Source: a bacterium (GTDB taxonomy: Bacteria > UBP7 > UBA6624 > JBBIMK01). Taken from it: a DNA stretch of 32,000 bases. Below are positions 1-7,305 of the stretch, in pieces. The translations under genes and the position numbers were made by a program. The notes under the pieces were generated by a model. The model had not been told where the DNA came from and did no database searches. It worked only from the letters and a program-made list of their open reading frames with translations. How positions within the stretch are numbered: position 1 is the first letter of the stretch; each line of letters starts with the position of its first letter. The stretch lies in assembly GCA_037444445.1 (NCBI GenBank), contig JBBIMK010000004.1, positions 30,001-62,000 of the forward strand. The letters are read 5' to 3'.

Positions 1-92
1 TGGGATTAGAGCGTATCACCATGCTGATTCACCGGATTGACGACATCCGGCTGTTTTACGAGAACGACCTTCGCTTCCTCCGCCAATTCTAA
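1..92 (+). CDS. pheS: Phenylalanine--tRNA ligase alpha subunit, C-terminal fragment (5' end outside window)
   Basis: The frame starting at nt 3 reads GLERITMLIHRIDDIRLFYENDLRFLRQF and ends at TAA 90-92. This matches the conserved PheS C-terminus (..DiR.FyenDlRFL.QF). Confidence 0.8.
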   Translation, partial: GLERITMLIHRIDDIRLFYENDLRFLRQF

Positions 93-135
93 ATATTAAC
101 CCTTTTGGTGCCAGGCACCAAAGGTGTTATTATTT
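91..135. repeat. REP-like extended palindrome, copy 1 (plausible intrinsic terminator for pheS)
   Basis: Sequence is AAATATTAAC-CCTTTTGGTGCC-A-GGCACCAAAGG-TGTTATTATTT, centred on A113. The 26-nt core at 99-124 is identical to 1893-1918. The hairpin is followed by a T-rich run (TGTTATTATTTT). The pheS stop TAA (90-92) lies in the left outer arm. Confidence 0.85.
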
Positions 136-143
136 TAGTTAGC

Positions 144-1127
144 ATGCCACGACTACCCCGAATTGAATTTGAGGGCGCCTGTTACCATGTTTTCTCCCGG
201 GGAAATAATCGCCAGCCCATCTTTTACACCGACAAAGACCGCCTGTATTTCCTGAAAAATTTAGAATCGCTCAAGGTAAAACTCCAGGTCAAAATTTACG
301 CCTTTTGCCTTTTGACCACCCATTTTCACCTGCTGTTAGAAACGGAAAAAGCGAACCTCTCCACTCTGATGCAGAATTTGCTGACGAATTATGCGAGTTA
401 TTTTAGGCGACAATATCGGACGGATGGGCACATCTTTCATGGGCGGTATCGTGCTATCCTGTGCGACAGGGATTCCTACTTTCTCCAGTTAACCCGTTAC
501 ATCCACTTAAATCCTTATCATGCAGGGTTGTGTAGTGTTCCTGAAGATTATCCCTGGAGTAGCCTCAGAGCCTACCTGAACCTACCCTGCTCTTATCCAG
601 TAAAAGTGGATATGGACCTGGCATTAAAACTGATAGGAGATGCGAATTCATATCGGCGATTTATTTGGGATGAAGTCACTGGCGTAACCCCTGTCTGGAA
701 GCCTGAACCCCGGAGCAACTTTCTGGGTTCAACAGAATTCCTTGAAATGCTTTTAGATAAATTAAAAAGTTGTGGATGGACCCAGGAAAGTCTATCCGAA
801 CTCAGCGAAAGGTTACGGGGCGTAAAGGAAATTCCTCTACCCGGTCTTATCCAACGAGTTTGTGAGTTTTATAAAATTACCCCCGAGGACCTTCGTAGCA
901 CCACCCGACGGCGGAAAGTGGCAAAGGCGCGAGGAGTTCTAATCTATCTGGCGAAAGAAAATCTGGGATTAAAAATATCCAGCCTGAAAAACGAATTAGC
1001 GGCAGGTGAATCTACTTTTAAGCGATGGGTGAGGTTGATTCGGCGAGATGAAAAACTTCAGCGGGAGGCGAAAGAAATAATGACACCCTTTGGTGCCAGG
1101 CACCAGGGGGGTCATTTTCGCGCTTGA
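144..1127 (+). CDS. REP-associated tyrosine (Y1/HUH, IS200-like) transposase homolog with a C-terminal DnaA-domain-IV-like HTH
   Basis: Start is ATG 144; the ORF-track TTG at 105 lies inside the palindrome and was rejected. The N-terminal ~150 aa begin MPRLPRIEFEGACYHVFSRGNNRQPIF. The HUH motif is H-F-H in TTHFHLLLE (nt 321-329). The catalytic-Tyr motif is RYIHLNP (Tyr codon 498-500), followed by DYPWSS. The C-terminal ~85 aa (nt 831-1082), LIQRVCEFYKITPEDLRSTTRRRKVAKARGVLIYLAKE.., align by eye with E. coli DnaA domain IV ([34 protein letters not shown]). The last 14 codons run through REP copy 2. Confidence 0.85.
   Translation: MPRLPRIEFEGACYHVFSRGNNRQPIFYTDKDRLYFLKNLESLKVKLQVKIYAFCLLTTHFHLLLETEKANLSTLMQNLLTNYASYFRRQYRTDGHIFHGRYRAILCDRDSYFLQLTRYIHLNPYHAGLCSVPEDYPWSSLRAYLNLPCSYPVKVDMDLALKLIGDANSYRRFIWDEVTGVTPVWKPEPRSNFLGSTEFLEMLLDKLKSCGWTQESLSELSERLRGVKEIPLPGLIQRVCEFYKITPEDLRSTTRRRKVAKARGVLIYLAKENLGLKISSLKNELAAGESTFKRWVRLIRRDEKLQREAKEIMTPFGARHQGGHFRA
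1076..1118. repeat. REP-like extended palindrome, copy 2 (degenerate), at the convergent ends of two genes
   Basis: Sequence is AATAATGAC-A-CCCTTTGGTGCC-A-GGCACCAGGGGG-GTCATTTT, centred on A1098. It shares the 17-nt centre TTTGGTGCCAGGCACCA and the AATAATGAC left flank with copy 3. T-rich tracts follow the stem on both strands, so it could act as a bidirectional terminator. Confidence 0.8.
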
Positions 1128-1864
1128 AGGATTTCAACAACCGCACGAACATAGGCTGAAAGGAGGGATTTCTCTTTCTTGTCCACCGACTGGAGAGCCT
1201 GTGTGAGAAGAACCACCAGATAGTAATCCGGATTCTCGTCGGAGTCCACAACTTTACCGGAGCGGGCGTCAATATCCACCACGGTTTTCCCCAGGTCTGC
1301 TTCCCGGGTTGCCAGGTAGGCTTTGACTTCCACTTCATCCGCAAGGAGGGGAAGAGGGATCTGAAGGAACTCACCCCGATTCAGCCATTTTCCCACATCT
1401 TTTTTAAGTTCACCTGTGATGCCCGCCATACGGTAGGAAACCGTCACTTCCTTCAAATACACATCACCGTTATTGCGGAAGAGGTCTCGCTTTTGAGGCA
1501 CAAAGACACTGATGACGGCAGCGGGGCCGCCCTTCGCTATCACGGGCTGAGGTTCGGATTCCAGAGAGGTCAATTTAGCGGAAGCGAGGGTTTTCCACCC
1601 TTCTTTAATGTCCGTTTTACTCCCCGTTTCTGGCTGTATGCGAGCAAATTGATACCCCTCCTGTGAAGGTGAGCGGAGATAATGAAGGGCCTCCCGCAGA
1701 GGGTCCCGGGCTTTCGTCAGGTCCGGCAGGGGGTCCTGCAAAAGCGAGTGAACGACCTTCACCCGCTCATAAGCCATAGAAAGAGGAGTCGGAGGACTTC
1801 CCTCTTTCGCAACCGCAAAAAGGAAGGCGGGTAGCAGGAGGTAAAGGGAAGAAATTTTTTTCAT
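1112..1864 (-). CDS. Hypothetical secreted protein (250 aa), family not recognised
   Basis: Start is ATG 1864, with GAGGTGAT 6 nt upstream; the ORF-track start at 1915 lies in the palindrome and was rejected. The N-terminus looks like a signal peptide: MKKISSLYLLLPAFLFAVA/KEG. The stop TGA (1112-1114) lies in the right arm of REP copy 2. There is a 16-nt convergent overlap with the transposase-like gene. Confidence 0.6.
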   Translation of the reverse strand: MKKISSLYLLLPAFLFAVAKEGSPPTPLSMAYERVKVVHSLLQDPLPDLTKARDPLREALHYLRSPSQEGYQFARIQPETGSKTDIKEGWKTLASAKLTSLESEPQPVIAKGGPAAVISVFVPQKRDLFRNNGDVYLKEVTVSYRMAGITGELKKDVGKWLNRGEFLQIPLPLLADEVEVKAYLATREADLGKTVVDIDARSGKVVDSDENPDYYLVVLLTQALQSVDKKEKSLLSAYVRAVVEILQARK

Positions 1865-1885
1865 TCTTCTATCACCTCTATTTCT

Positions 1886-1928
1886 AATAATGACCCTTTT
1901 GGTGCCAGGCACCAAAGGGGTTATTATT
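1886..1928. repeat. REP-like extended palindrome, copy 3 (plausible terminator for gatC)
   Basis: Sequence is AATAATGAC-CCTTTTGGTGCC-A-GGCACCAAAGG-GGTTATTATT, centred on A1907. The 26-nt core at 1893-1918 is identical to copy 1. The gatC stop (TAA, 1924-1926 on the minus strand) lies in the right outer arm. Confidence 0.85.
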
Positions 1929-2247
1929 CTTTTACGACGCGAGGAACGGTGAAAAGGCCGCCCTTTTTTTCCGGGGCGTTGGCGAGGGCTTGCTGTTGCG
2001 TAAAGCCGTGCTGAACGAAATCCGGACGGAGAGGGCGCTTCTGCTGATTGGGAAAGAAATACTCCACACGCCCTGGAAGAGAGAGGGCTTCTATCCGTTG
2101 AATGTGAGCCAGGACTTCCTGAATTTGATGATAGAACTTTTCCGTTTCCTCGGGCGTAAAGTTTAAACGCGCCAGTTTCGCCAGATGCGCAAATTCTTTT
2201 TCATCCATCCGCGAAAATATCATAGCACAGTTTTTAGGGGCAAACAT
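1924..2247 (-). CDS. gatC: Asp/Glu-tRNA amidotransferase subunit C
   Basis: The stretch ..EFAHLAKLARLNFTPEETEKF..ALANAPEKKGGLFTVPRVV is GatC-like. The start is uncertain: ATG at 2247, 2223 or 2208, none with a clear SD. Confidence 0.8.
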   Translation of the reverse strand: MFAPKNCAMIFSRMDEKEFAHLAKLARLNFTPEETEKFYHQIQEVLAHIQRIEALSLPGRVEYFFPNQQKRPLRPDFVQHGFTQQQALANAPEKKGGLFTVPRVVKE

Positions 2248-2262
2248 CCGGGTGTCAATGGA

Positions 2263-3639
2263 TTACTCCTGATTTCGCAAGACATCAGCAAGAGCCTGAG
2301 CGGTGGATTTTGCGAGGATTTCGTCGTCTGCTTCCACGAGAATGCGGAGAAGGTTTTCGGTGCCGGAGGGTCGGATAAACAATCGCCCCCTGCTGCGCAA
2401 TTTTTCCTCTGCACTTTGAACCGCCTGTTGAGCCTTCGGCAACTCCGAATACTTTTCTTTCCATTCAGGAGAAACGGGAAGATTCAGGAGGACCTGGGGA
2501 TACCTGTGCATATCGGTCTGTAAAAGGGAAAGGGGGAGAGAGAGTTGTTGGAGAAGGGAGAGCAAAAGGAGAGCGGAGAGAATGCCGTCACCGGTGGTGG
2601 TGAGGCCGTTGAAGACGATGTGTCCTGATGGCTCACCTCCGATGGGGGCGTGATGTTTTTTCACTTCCTGGTAGACGAAACGGTCGCCCACGGGCGCACG
2701 AATCAACCGAAATCCCCGCTTTTGGAGGGCTTGCTCCAGGCCATAATTGGAGTAGGGAGTGCCCACAACCAGCGGAGCAAAGGAGGAGTGAGGCACAGGG
2801 GATGAGGGGTCAGGTGAGAGGGAGGGGGCAAATTTTCTAAGGATGAAGGAAGCCAGCAGGTTATCGCCATCAAAAAGTTGCCCTGCTTCGTCGGAGGAGA
2901 TGAGACGGTCTCCATCGCCGTCAAAGGCGAAGCCGACCTGGCAGGAATGCTTCAGGGTCAGACGAGAAAGGGTTTCAAAGTGGGTGGAGCCACAGTTTAC
3001 ATTGATTCTGGAGCCATCGGGGTGAGAGCCATACAGGGTGAGGGAAGCGCCGAGGCGGTGGAAAATCTCCGGCGCCACTGATGCCGTGGCTCCGTATGCA
3101 CAGTCCAGAGCGATACGATGCTTGGAAAGAGGTCCGCCTGTATACCGGGAAAGTAGAAGGGAAATGTATTTTTCGCGAGCCGCTGGAAAGGAACGGATAG
3201 GCCCTGTTGTAGCCTCCTGCCCACCAGCCACTGACTCCTGACCGAATAACTCTTCTATTTCCTCCTCTTCCTCCGGGGCAAGTTTTTCACCGGCAGGATT
3301 AAAAAGTTTTATGCCATTGAACTGAACCGGGTTATGGGAAGCGGAGATAGAAGCGGAGGCAGTGAAGCCCTCCGTTCGCTGGAGGTGAGAAGCGGCCGGG
3401 GTGGGCAGGATCCCGGCGAGAGCCACTTCTCCTCCTGCGGCAGAGAAGCCTCTGGCGAAGGCTTCCTCCAGCATCCTTCCGCTGAGACGGGTATCCCGCA
3501 CAACAAGAAGGCAAGGAGAGGGGTGGTGATGGTTCATCAAGAAGCGAGCGAAAGCGGCACCGATTCGGAAAGCCACTTCTGCGGTCAGGTCCACGCCTGC
3601 CACCCCGCGTATCCCGTCGGTGCCGAAAAGACGCTTCAT
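2263..3639 (-). CDS. glmM: Phosphoglucosamine mutase
   Basis: N-terminus is MKRLFGTDGIRGVAG. It has the phosphoserine loop SASHNP and the metal loop FDGDGDR. ATG 3639 overlaps the cdaR stop (ATGA). The longer ORF-track start at 3687 was rejected. Confidence 0.93.
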   Translation of the reverse strand: MKRLFGTDGIRGVAGVDLTAEVAFRIGAAFARFLMNHHHPSPCLLVVRDTRLSGRMLEEAFARGFSAAGGEVALAGILPTPAASHLQRTEGFTASASISASHNPVQFNGIKLFNPAGEKLAPEEEEEIEELFGQESVAGGQEATTGPIRSFPAAREKYISLLLSRYTGGPLSKHRIALDCAYGATASVAPEIFHRLGASLTLYGSHPDGSRINVNCGSTHFETLSRLTLKHSCQVGFAFDGDGDRLISSDEAGQLFDGDNLLASFILRKFAPSLSPDPSSPVPHSSFAPLVVGTPYSNYGLEQALQKRGFRLIRAPVGDRFVYQEVKKHHAPIGGEPSGHIVFNGLTTTGDGILSALLLLSLLQQLSLPLSLLQTDMHRYPQVLLNLPVSPEWKEKYSELPKAQQAVQSAEEKLRSRGRLFIRPSGTENLLRILVEADDEILAKSTAQALADVLRNQE

Positions 3640-4844
3640 AAAGAAAGAATTTCCACGCGCACTTCCTGGGGCGTGACTTTTGACCATTCTACCGTTGCAG
3701 GGACAAGAACCTGGAGTTTGACCTCATAAACGCCGGGAGCCTTTTGTGGCGGAGTGGCTACCACTGAGATTTCTTCTAAGGGAATTCGCTGGAGGTCTGG
3801 CAGGAAGCCGAAGAGGGTGATAACTACTCGCTCTGGCTCCACACTGCCCACCGCTCCGGGAGGCAGTTGCAGGAGAACGGGCACCTCATATTTTACCGTT
3901 CCCTTCAACGGACGAATTTCCACGCTCGCAGAAACGGTAGATGGCTCCACCCGGTAGTGTTTCTCATCATACACCAGTTTTAAGGAATCCAGAGTGATTG
4001 TTTGACGGGCTGATGAAACATCAATCGGGAGTGTATCCAGGGAGTCCAGCCCCCGCAGAAATTCAGGCTTGCCCTGAACCAGAACGGTGGAGGGTTGAAC
4101 GCGGACAGCCTGGATGGTATACCCATAGGGAGGATTCCCTATCAACTGAGGGTGAACCACGACTGGCTTTACAGAAGTCTGGAGTTGCACGGAGGTAGAC
4201 ACGCTGGCTTCATCCGGGATGACCGTGATACCCCCTACGGCAAACCCCGAGGCATCTACAGGGGTAAGGGGAACACGCACGGATGGAGAGAGCAAGAGAG
4301 AGGAGGTTGCCAGCGAGGCTACCAGATGGGAGACGAGTTGAACCTGTTCAGCGGGTCCCCGGATGGTGGCTCGTTCGGGCTGAACTTCGGCGTTCTCCAT
4401 TTTCACATCCTTCGGGAAGGAACCGAGAAAGCGGATTTCCACGGGCAAGGACTTTTCGGAAAGCTGAGAGATACGAATGGGAATTTCTCGGGGTGCGGAG
4501 CGAAGAACCACACCAGGTGGCAATTGGGAAACATACAGGGTCAACACATACACTCCTCCCTTCACCACCTCCTTCTCCGAGAAATCTACAAATACATCCA
4601 CACTTTCCGGGTCCAACCTGCCCAGCACTCCGCTTTCCCCTTTCAGGGTGAGGGACACCCGGGTTTCCTGGGGGTTCCTGAGAACAAAGCCGGGGGGAAG
4701 GTTTAAAATCCGTGGATGAACGAGGATGTTGCGAGTGATGACAGGATTTATGGTGCGAACATAATTGTAGAGGAAGAGGGTAGCCAGGAGAGCGAGGAGT
4801 TTTAACTTCCAGTCTTTGAGGAAAGAGCGGAGCCAGGATTTCAT
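3636..4844 (-). CDS. cdaR: YbbR-domain protein, CdaA regulator-like
   Basis: It has an N-terminal TM helix followed by repeated beta-rich modules. It sits between cdaA and glmM, as in the Bacillus cdaA-cdaR-glmM operon. ATGA overlaps occur at both ends. Confidence 0.75.
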   Translation of the reverse strand: MKSWLRSFLKDWKLKLLALLATLFLYNYVRTINPVITRNILVHPRILNLPPGFVLRNPQETRVSLTLKGESGVLGRLDPESVDVFVDFSEKEVVKGGVYVLTLYVSQLPPGVVLRSAPREIPIRISQLSEKSLPVEIRFLGSFPKDVKMENAEVQPERATIRGPAEQVQLVSHLVASLATSSLLLSPSVRVPLTPVDASGFAVGGITVIPDEASVSTSVQLQTSVKPVVVHPQLIGNPPYGYTIQAVRVQPSTVLVQGKPEFLRGLDSLDTLPIDVSSARQTITLDSLKLVYDEKHYRVEPSTVSASVEIRPLKGTVKYEVPVLLQLPPGAVGSVEPERVVITLFGFLPDLQRIPLEEISVVATPPQKAPGVYEVKLQVLVPATVEWSKVTPQEVRVEILSL

Positions 4845-5593
4845 AGGCGGGTGTCCAGTTCAGCCTGAAGGGAGGCTAAAGAGAGGTTGTGAAGGAGTTT
4901 TCCGTCGTAGGCGATAGAAATGGCGGAGGATTCTTCCGAGACGACGATGGCGATGGCATCAGAGATTTCCGTGACGCCGATGGCGGCGCGGTGGCGGGTG
5001 CCGAGGCTCACCGCCAGGTCTTCCCGGCGGGAAAGGGGGAGGGTGCAGGCGGCGGCGGCGGCCTTTCCCCCTCGCACAATCACCGCACCATCGTGAAGAG
5101 GGCTTTTCGGCGCAAAGATGGTGGTCAATAACTCTGGCGTAAGGTCCGCATTGAGAGCCACGCCCGTTTCCAGCAGATGTTGAAGGTTCACCCCTTGCTC
5201 CAGCACGATGAGACCCCCCACCCTTTGCTCGGATAACACATCCGCAGCCTCCACAAGAATTCCAGACAGTCGCTTTTTCTCCTCTATACTAAAACGGGAA
5301 GAGGGCGTGAATAGGATGCCCGTTGTGGCTTTTTCCACCAGACGCCTTAACTCTGGCTGGAAGACGACGATAAAGAACAAAGGACCCAGGAAAAGGAGTT
5401 TTTCCATCAGCCACCCCAGAGTTTCTAAACGGAGGTAAACCGCCAGCAGGAAGAGGAGAAGAAAAAGAAATAGCCCTTCCAGAAGACGGGGAGAGAGATA
5501 CTGACGGAAGAAACGCAGAAAAAAATAGAAGATAACAGAGACGAGGAAAATATCCAGAAGAGGTGGGATGTAAGACAGGACCCCTGCGAGCAT
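4841..5593 (-). CDS. cdaA: Diadenylate cyclase (c-di-AMP synthase), membrane-anchored
   Basis: It has a hydrophobic N-terminal region (about 3 TM helices) followed by a DAC domain with HDGAVIV (DGA) and GTRHRAA (RHR) motifs. Confidence 0.9.
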   Translation of the reverse strand: MLAGVLSYIPPLLDIFLVSVIFYFFLRFFRQYLSPRLLEGLFLFLLLFLLAVYLRLETLGWLMEKLLFLGPLFFIVVFQPELRRLVEKATTGILFTPSSRFSIEEKKRLSGILVEAADVLSEQRVGGLIVLEQGVNLQHLLETGVALNADLTPELLTTIFAPKSPLHDGAVIVRGGKAAAAACTLPLSRREDLAVSLGTRHRAAIGVTEISDAIAIVVSEESSAISIAYDGKLLHNLSLASLQAELDTRL

Positions 5594-5619
5594 AACCTAT
5601 CTCTGAAGAAGACAAAGAG

Positions 5620-6009
5620 TTAGCGTTTGGAGTACTGGAAGCCTTTTCTGGCGCGGCGGCGGCCGTATTTTTTCCGTTCCTTCTCCCTGGGGTCCCGGGT
5701 GAGAAAGCCGTTCTTCTTCATAGAGGCGTGGAGAGTGGGGTCAATTTTCAACAATGCTCTCGCCAGGCCGAGGCGGAAGGCGCCTGCCTGCCCGGAAATC
5801 CCGCCTCCGATTACCTTTGCCAGCACATCAACATCCCGAATCTGCGAGGCGGTTTCCAGGGGAGCCAGAGCCTGCATCTGATGCTCCTCACGTCGGAAAT
5901 ACTCTTTGAAGTCCTTCTGATTCACCAGGATTCTCCCGGTTCCGGGGATGAGGCGAACCCTGGCCACAGCGCGCTTCCGACGACCCGTAGCCAGAACCAT
6001 CGTTTCCAC
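5620..6009 (-). CDS. rpsI: 30S ribosomal protein S9
   Basis: It contains TGRRKRAVARVRL and the C-terminus RRRARKGFQYSKR. The GTG start directly abuts the rplM stop and lies 6 nt after GGAGGTGAG. Confidence 0.95.
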   Translation of the reverse strand: METMVLATGRRKRAVARVRLIPGTGRILVNQKDFKEYFRREEHQMQALAPLETASQIRDVDVLAKVIGGGISGQAGAFRLGLARALLKIDPTLHASMKKNGFLTRDPREKERKKYGRRRARKGFQYSKR

Positions 6010-6492
6010 TTATTTCTCACCTCCTCGTTTTATCTCCTCGCCAGGGGAGGCGAGGGGAAAGGGAGCGGGCTTCTGCGCCCTGTGGGGATGAGTCTCACCG
6101 GAATAGACTTTCAACCGCTTCCACATCTGTCGTCCGAGACGATTCTTTGGAAGCATCCCCCATACCGCTTTTCGGAGCACCTCTTCCGGCTTGCGTCGCA
6201 GGAATGATTCATAGGATTCCTGTTTCAAGTGCCCCAGATAACCCGTGTGGTGAATATATTTTTTACTCTGGAGTTTCTTCCCGGTCAATCGGATTTTTGA
6301 GGCGTGAATTACTACCACAAAATCTCCTGCATCTATGGAGGGTGTGTACTGGGGTTTGTGCTTCCCCATTAAAAGTGTAGCAATTTGAGTAGCCAGCCTG
6401 CCCAGCACTTGCCCACGGGCATCCACGAGGAACCACTGCCGGGACTTCCGGGCTTGCTCAACGGATTGGATAGAGGTTTGAAATCCGTGCAT
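6010..6492 (-). CDS. rplM: 50S ribosomal protein L13
   Basis: It contains [15 protein letters not shown] and [13 protein letters not shown]. It has a ~15-aa C-terminal extension. Confidence 0.95.
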   Translation of the reverse strand: MHGFQTSIQSVEQARKSRQWFLVDARGQVLGRLATQIATLLMGKHKPQYTPSIDAGDFVVVIHASKIRLTGKKLQSKKYIHHTGYLGHLKQESYESFLRRKPEEVLRKAVWGMLPKNRLGRQMWKRLKVYSGETHPHRAQKPAPFPLASPGEEIKRGGEK

Positions 6493-6558
6493 TTTAGTTC
6501 ACCCCTTACAGGTTTCCCCCGGGAAATCGGGGCGAGAATAAACAATAAAGGGCTGAGT

Positions 6559-7305
6559 TCATACGCCATCCTGTGGATACGAAACGGAATAGAGGGAAAG
6601 CCCCCAGGGAGGGGCCACCTTTGTCCACTTGGAAGTGGGAGCATGGAGGAGAGAGAGAACGGATTCAGCGGGGAGGGAATCGGTAGCGACTTCTATCGCC
6701 GCCATCACCAGCATGCGAATCATTCGTGGCAGGAAAGAGGGTGCTTCAAACTGCAGGATAAGAAAGGGCCCTTCCGGGAAAACTTCAGCCCGCTGGAGAG
6801 TTCTCACCGTCAGGTCTCTCGGAATTCCACCACCACAAAAAGCGTAAAAATTGTGCTGACCCTGGAGGTGCAACAGAAACTCTTGTAATCGGGAGATAGA
6901 AATATGCGGTGAAACCAGACACGAACGATAACGCCAGAGTGGAGAGGGAATGCGGGAAGGAAAAAGGCGATAGCGGTAGCAGCGAGCCCGAGCAGAGAAG
7001 CGAGCATGAAAAGTAAGGGGAACTTCGGACACTGAAACCACAGATATATCCTGGGGCAGATTCTGACTCAATGCACCCTGGAGGGAGGAGAGGGGCCAGG
7101 GAACCGGGGTGTAAAAACTGACGACCTGTCCTTCTGCGTGGACGCCGGTATCCGTTCTGCCGGCGGCCACCAGCCCTACGGGGTGTCCCAGAGCCTGTTT
7201 CCAGCAGGACTCCAGCACCCCCTGAACAGTGGGCAAGCCGGGTTGATACTGAAATCCGTAGTAGAAAGTTCCGTCATAGGACAGGGTGATTTTCAGGTTT
7301 CTCAT
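6559..7305 (-). CDS. truA: tRNA pseudouridine(38-40) synthase
   Basis: It contains ITLSYDGTFYYGFQ and the catalytic loop AAGRTDTGVHA. ATGA overlap with the rplQ stop. Confidence 0.9.
   Translation of the reverse strand: MRNLKITLSYDGTFYYGFQYQPGLPTVQGVLESCWKQALGHPVGLVAAGRTDTGVHAEGQVVSFYTPVPWPLSSLQGALSQNLPQDISVVSVSEVPLTFHARFSARARCYRYRLFPSRIPSPLWRYRSCLVSPHISISRLQEFLLHLQGQHNFYAFCGGGIPRDLTVRTLQRAEVFPEGPFLILQFEAPSFLPRMIRMLVMAAIEVATDSLPAESVLSLLHAPTSKWTKVAPPWGLSLYSVSYPQDGV

Larger units (their letters stand above)
91..1928. mobile_element. REP/RAYT-type island (three palindromes, a Y1 transposase homolog and one orphan gene) between pheS and gatC
   Basis: The palindromes bracket both genes. The island looks more A+T-rich by eye than the neighbouring operon. 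Both flanking genes terminate in the outer palindrome arms. Mobility itself has not been shown. Confidence 0.45.

Noticed and set aside
105-143. The ORF-track N-terminal extension MVPGTKGVIILVS on the transposase-like ORF. The mirror extension MVPGTKRVIIRNRGDRR appears on the minus-strand ORF at 1865-1915.
   Set aside because: Both come from translating the same palindrome on opposite strands, which is why the peptides are near-identical. The internal ATGs at 144 and 1864 give a canonical RAYT N-terminus and a signal peptide with a good SD, respectively.
593-613. DnaA-box-like words: TTATCCAG..TGGATAT here, TTATCCAAC near 845 and GTATCCACA near 6570 (minus strand). These were considered as a hint of oriC or targets of the DnaA-like domain.
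   Set aside because: They are isolated, imperfect and inside coding sequence, as expected by chance. There is no cluster, no AT-rich unwinding element, and no dnaA or dnaN nearby.
1018-1374. A 118-aa minus-strand ORF spanning the convergent gene ends, and the overlapping ORFs at 2185-2523 (+) and 2220-2414 (-).
   Set aside because: They are out-of-frame overlaps with better-supported genes (the hypothetical secreted protein, gatC and glmM). They have no independent signals.
91-1928. Three spaced direct copies of a repeat, considered as a possible CRISPR array.
   Set aside because: The copies are 0.8-1 kb apart and the intervening sequences are full-length genes. The repeats are long perfect palindromes with variable flanks, and there are no cas genes. 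This fits REP-type elements, not CRISPR.
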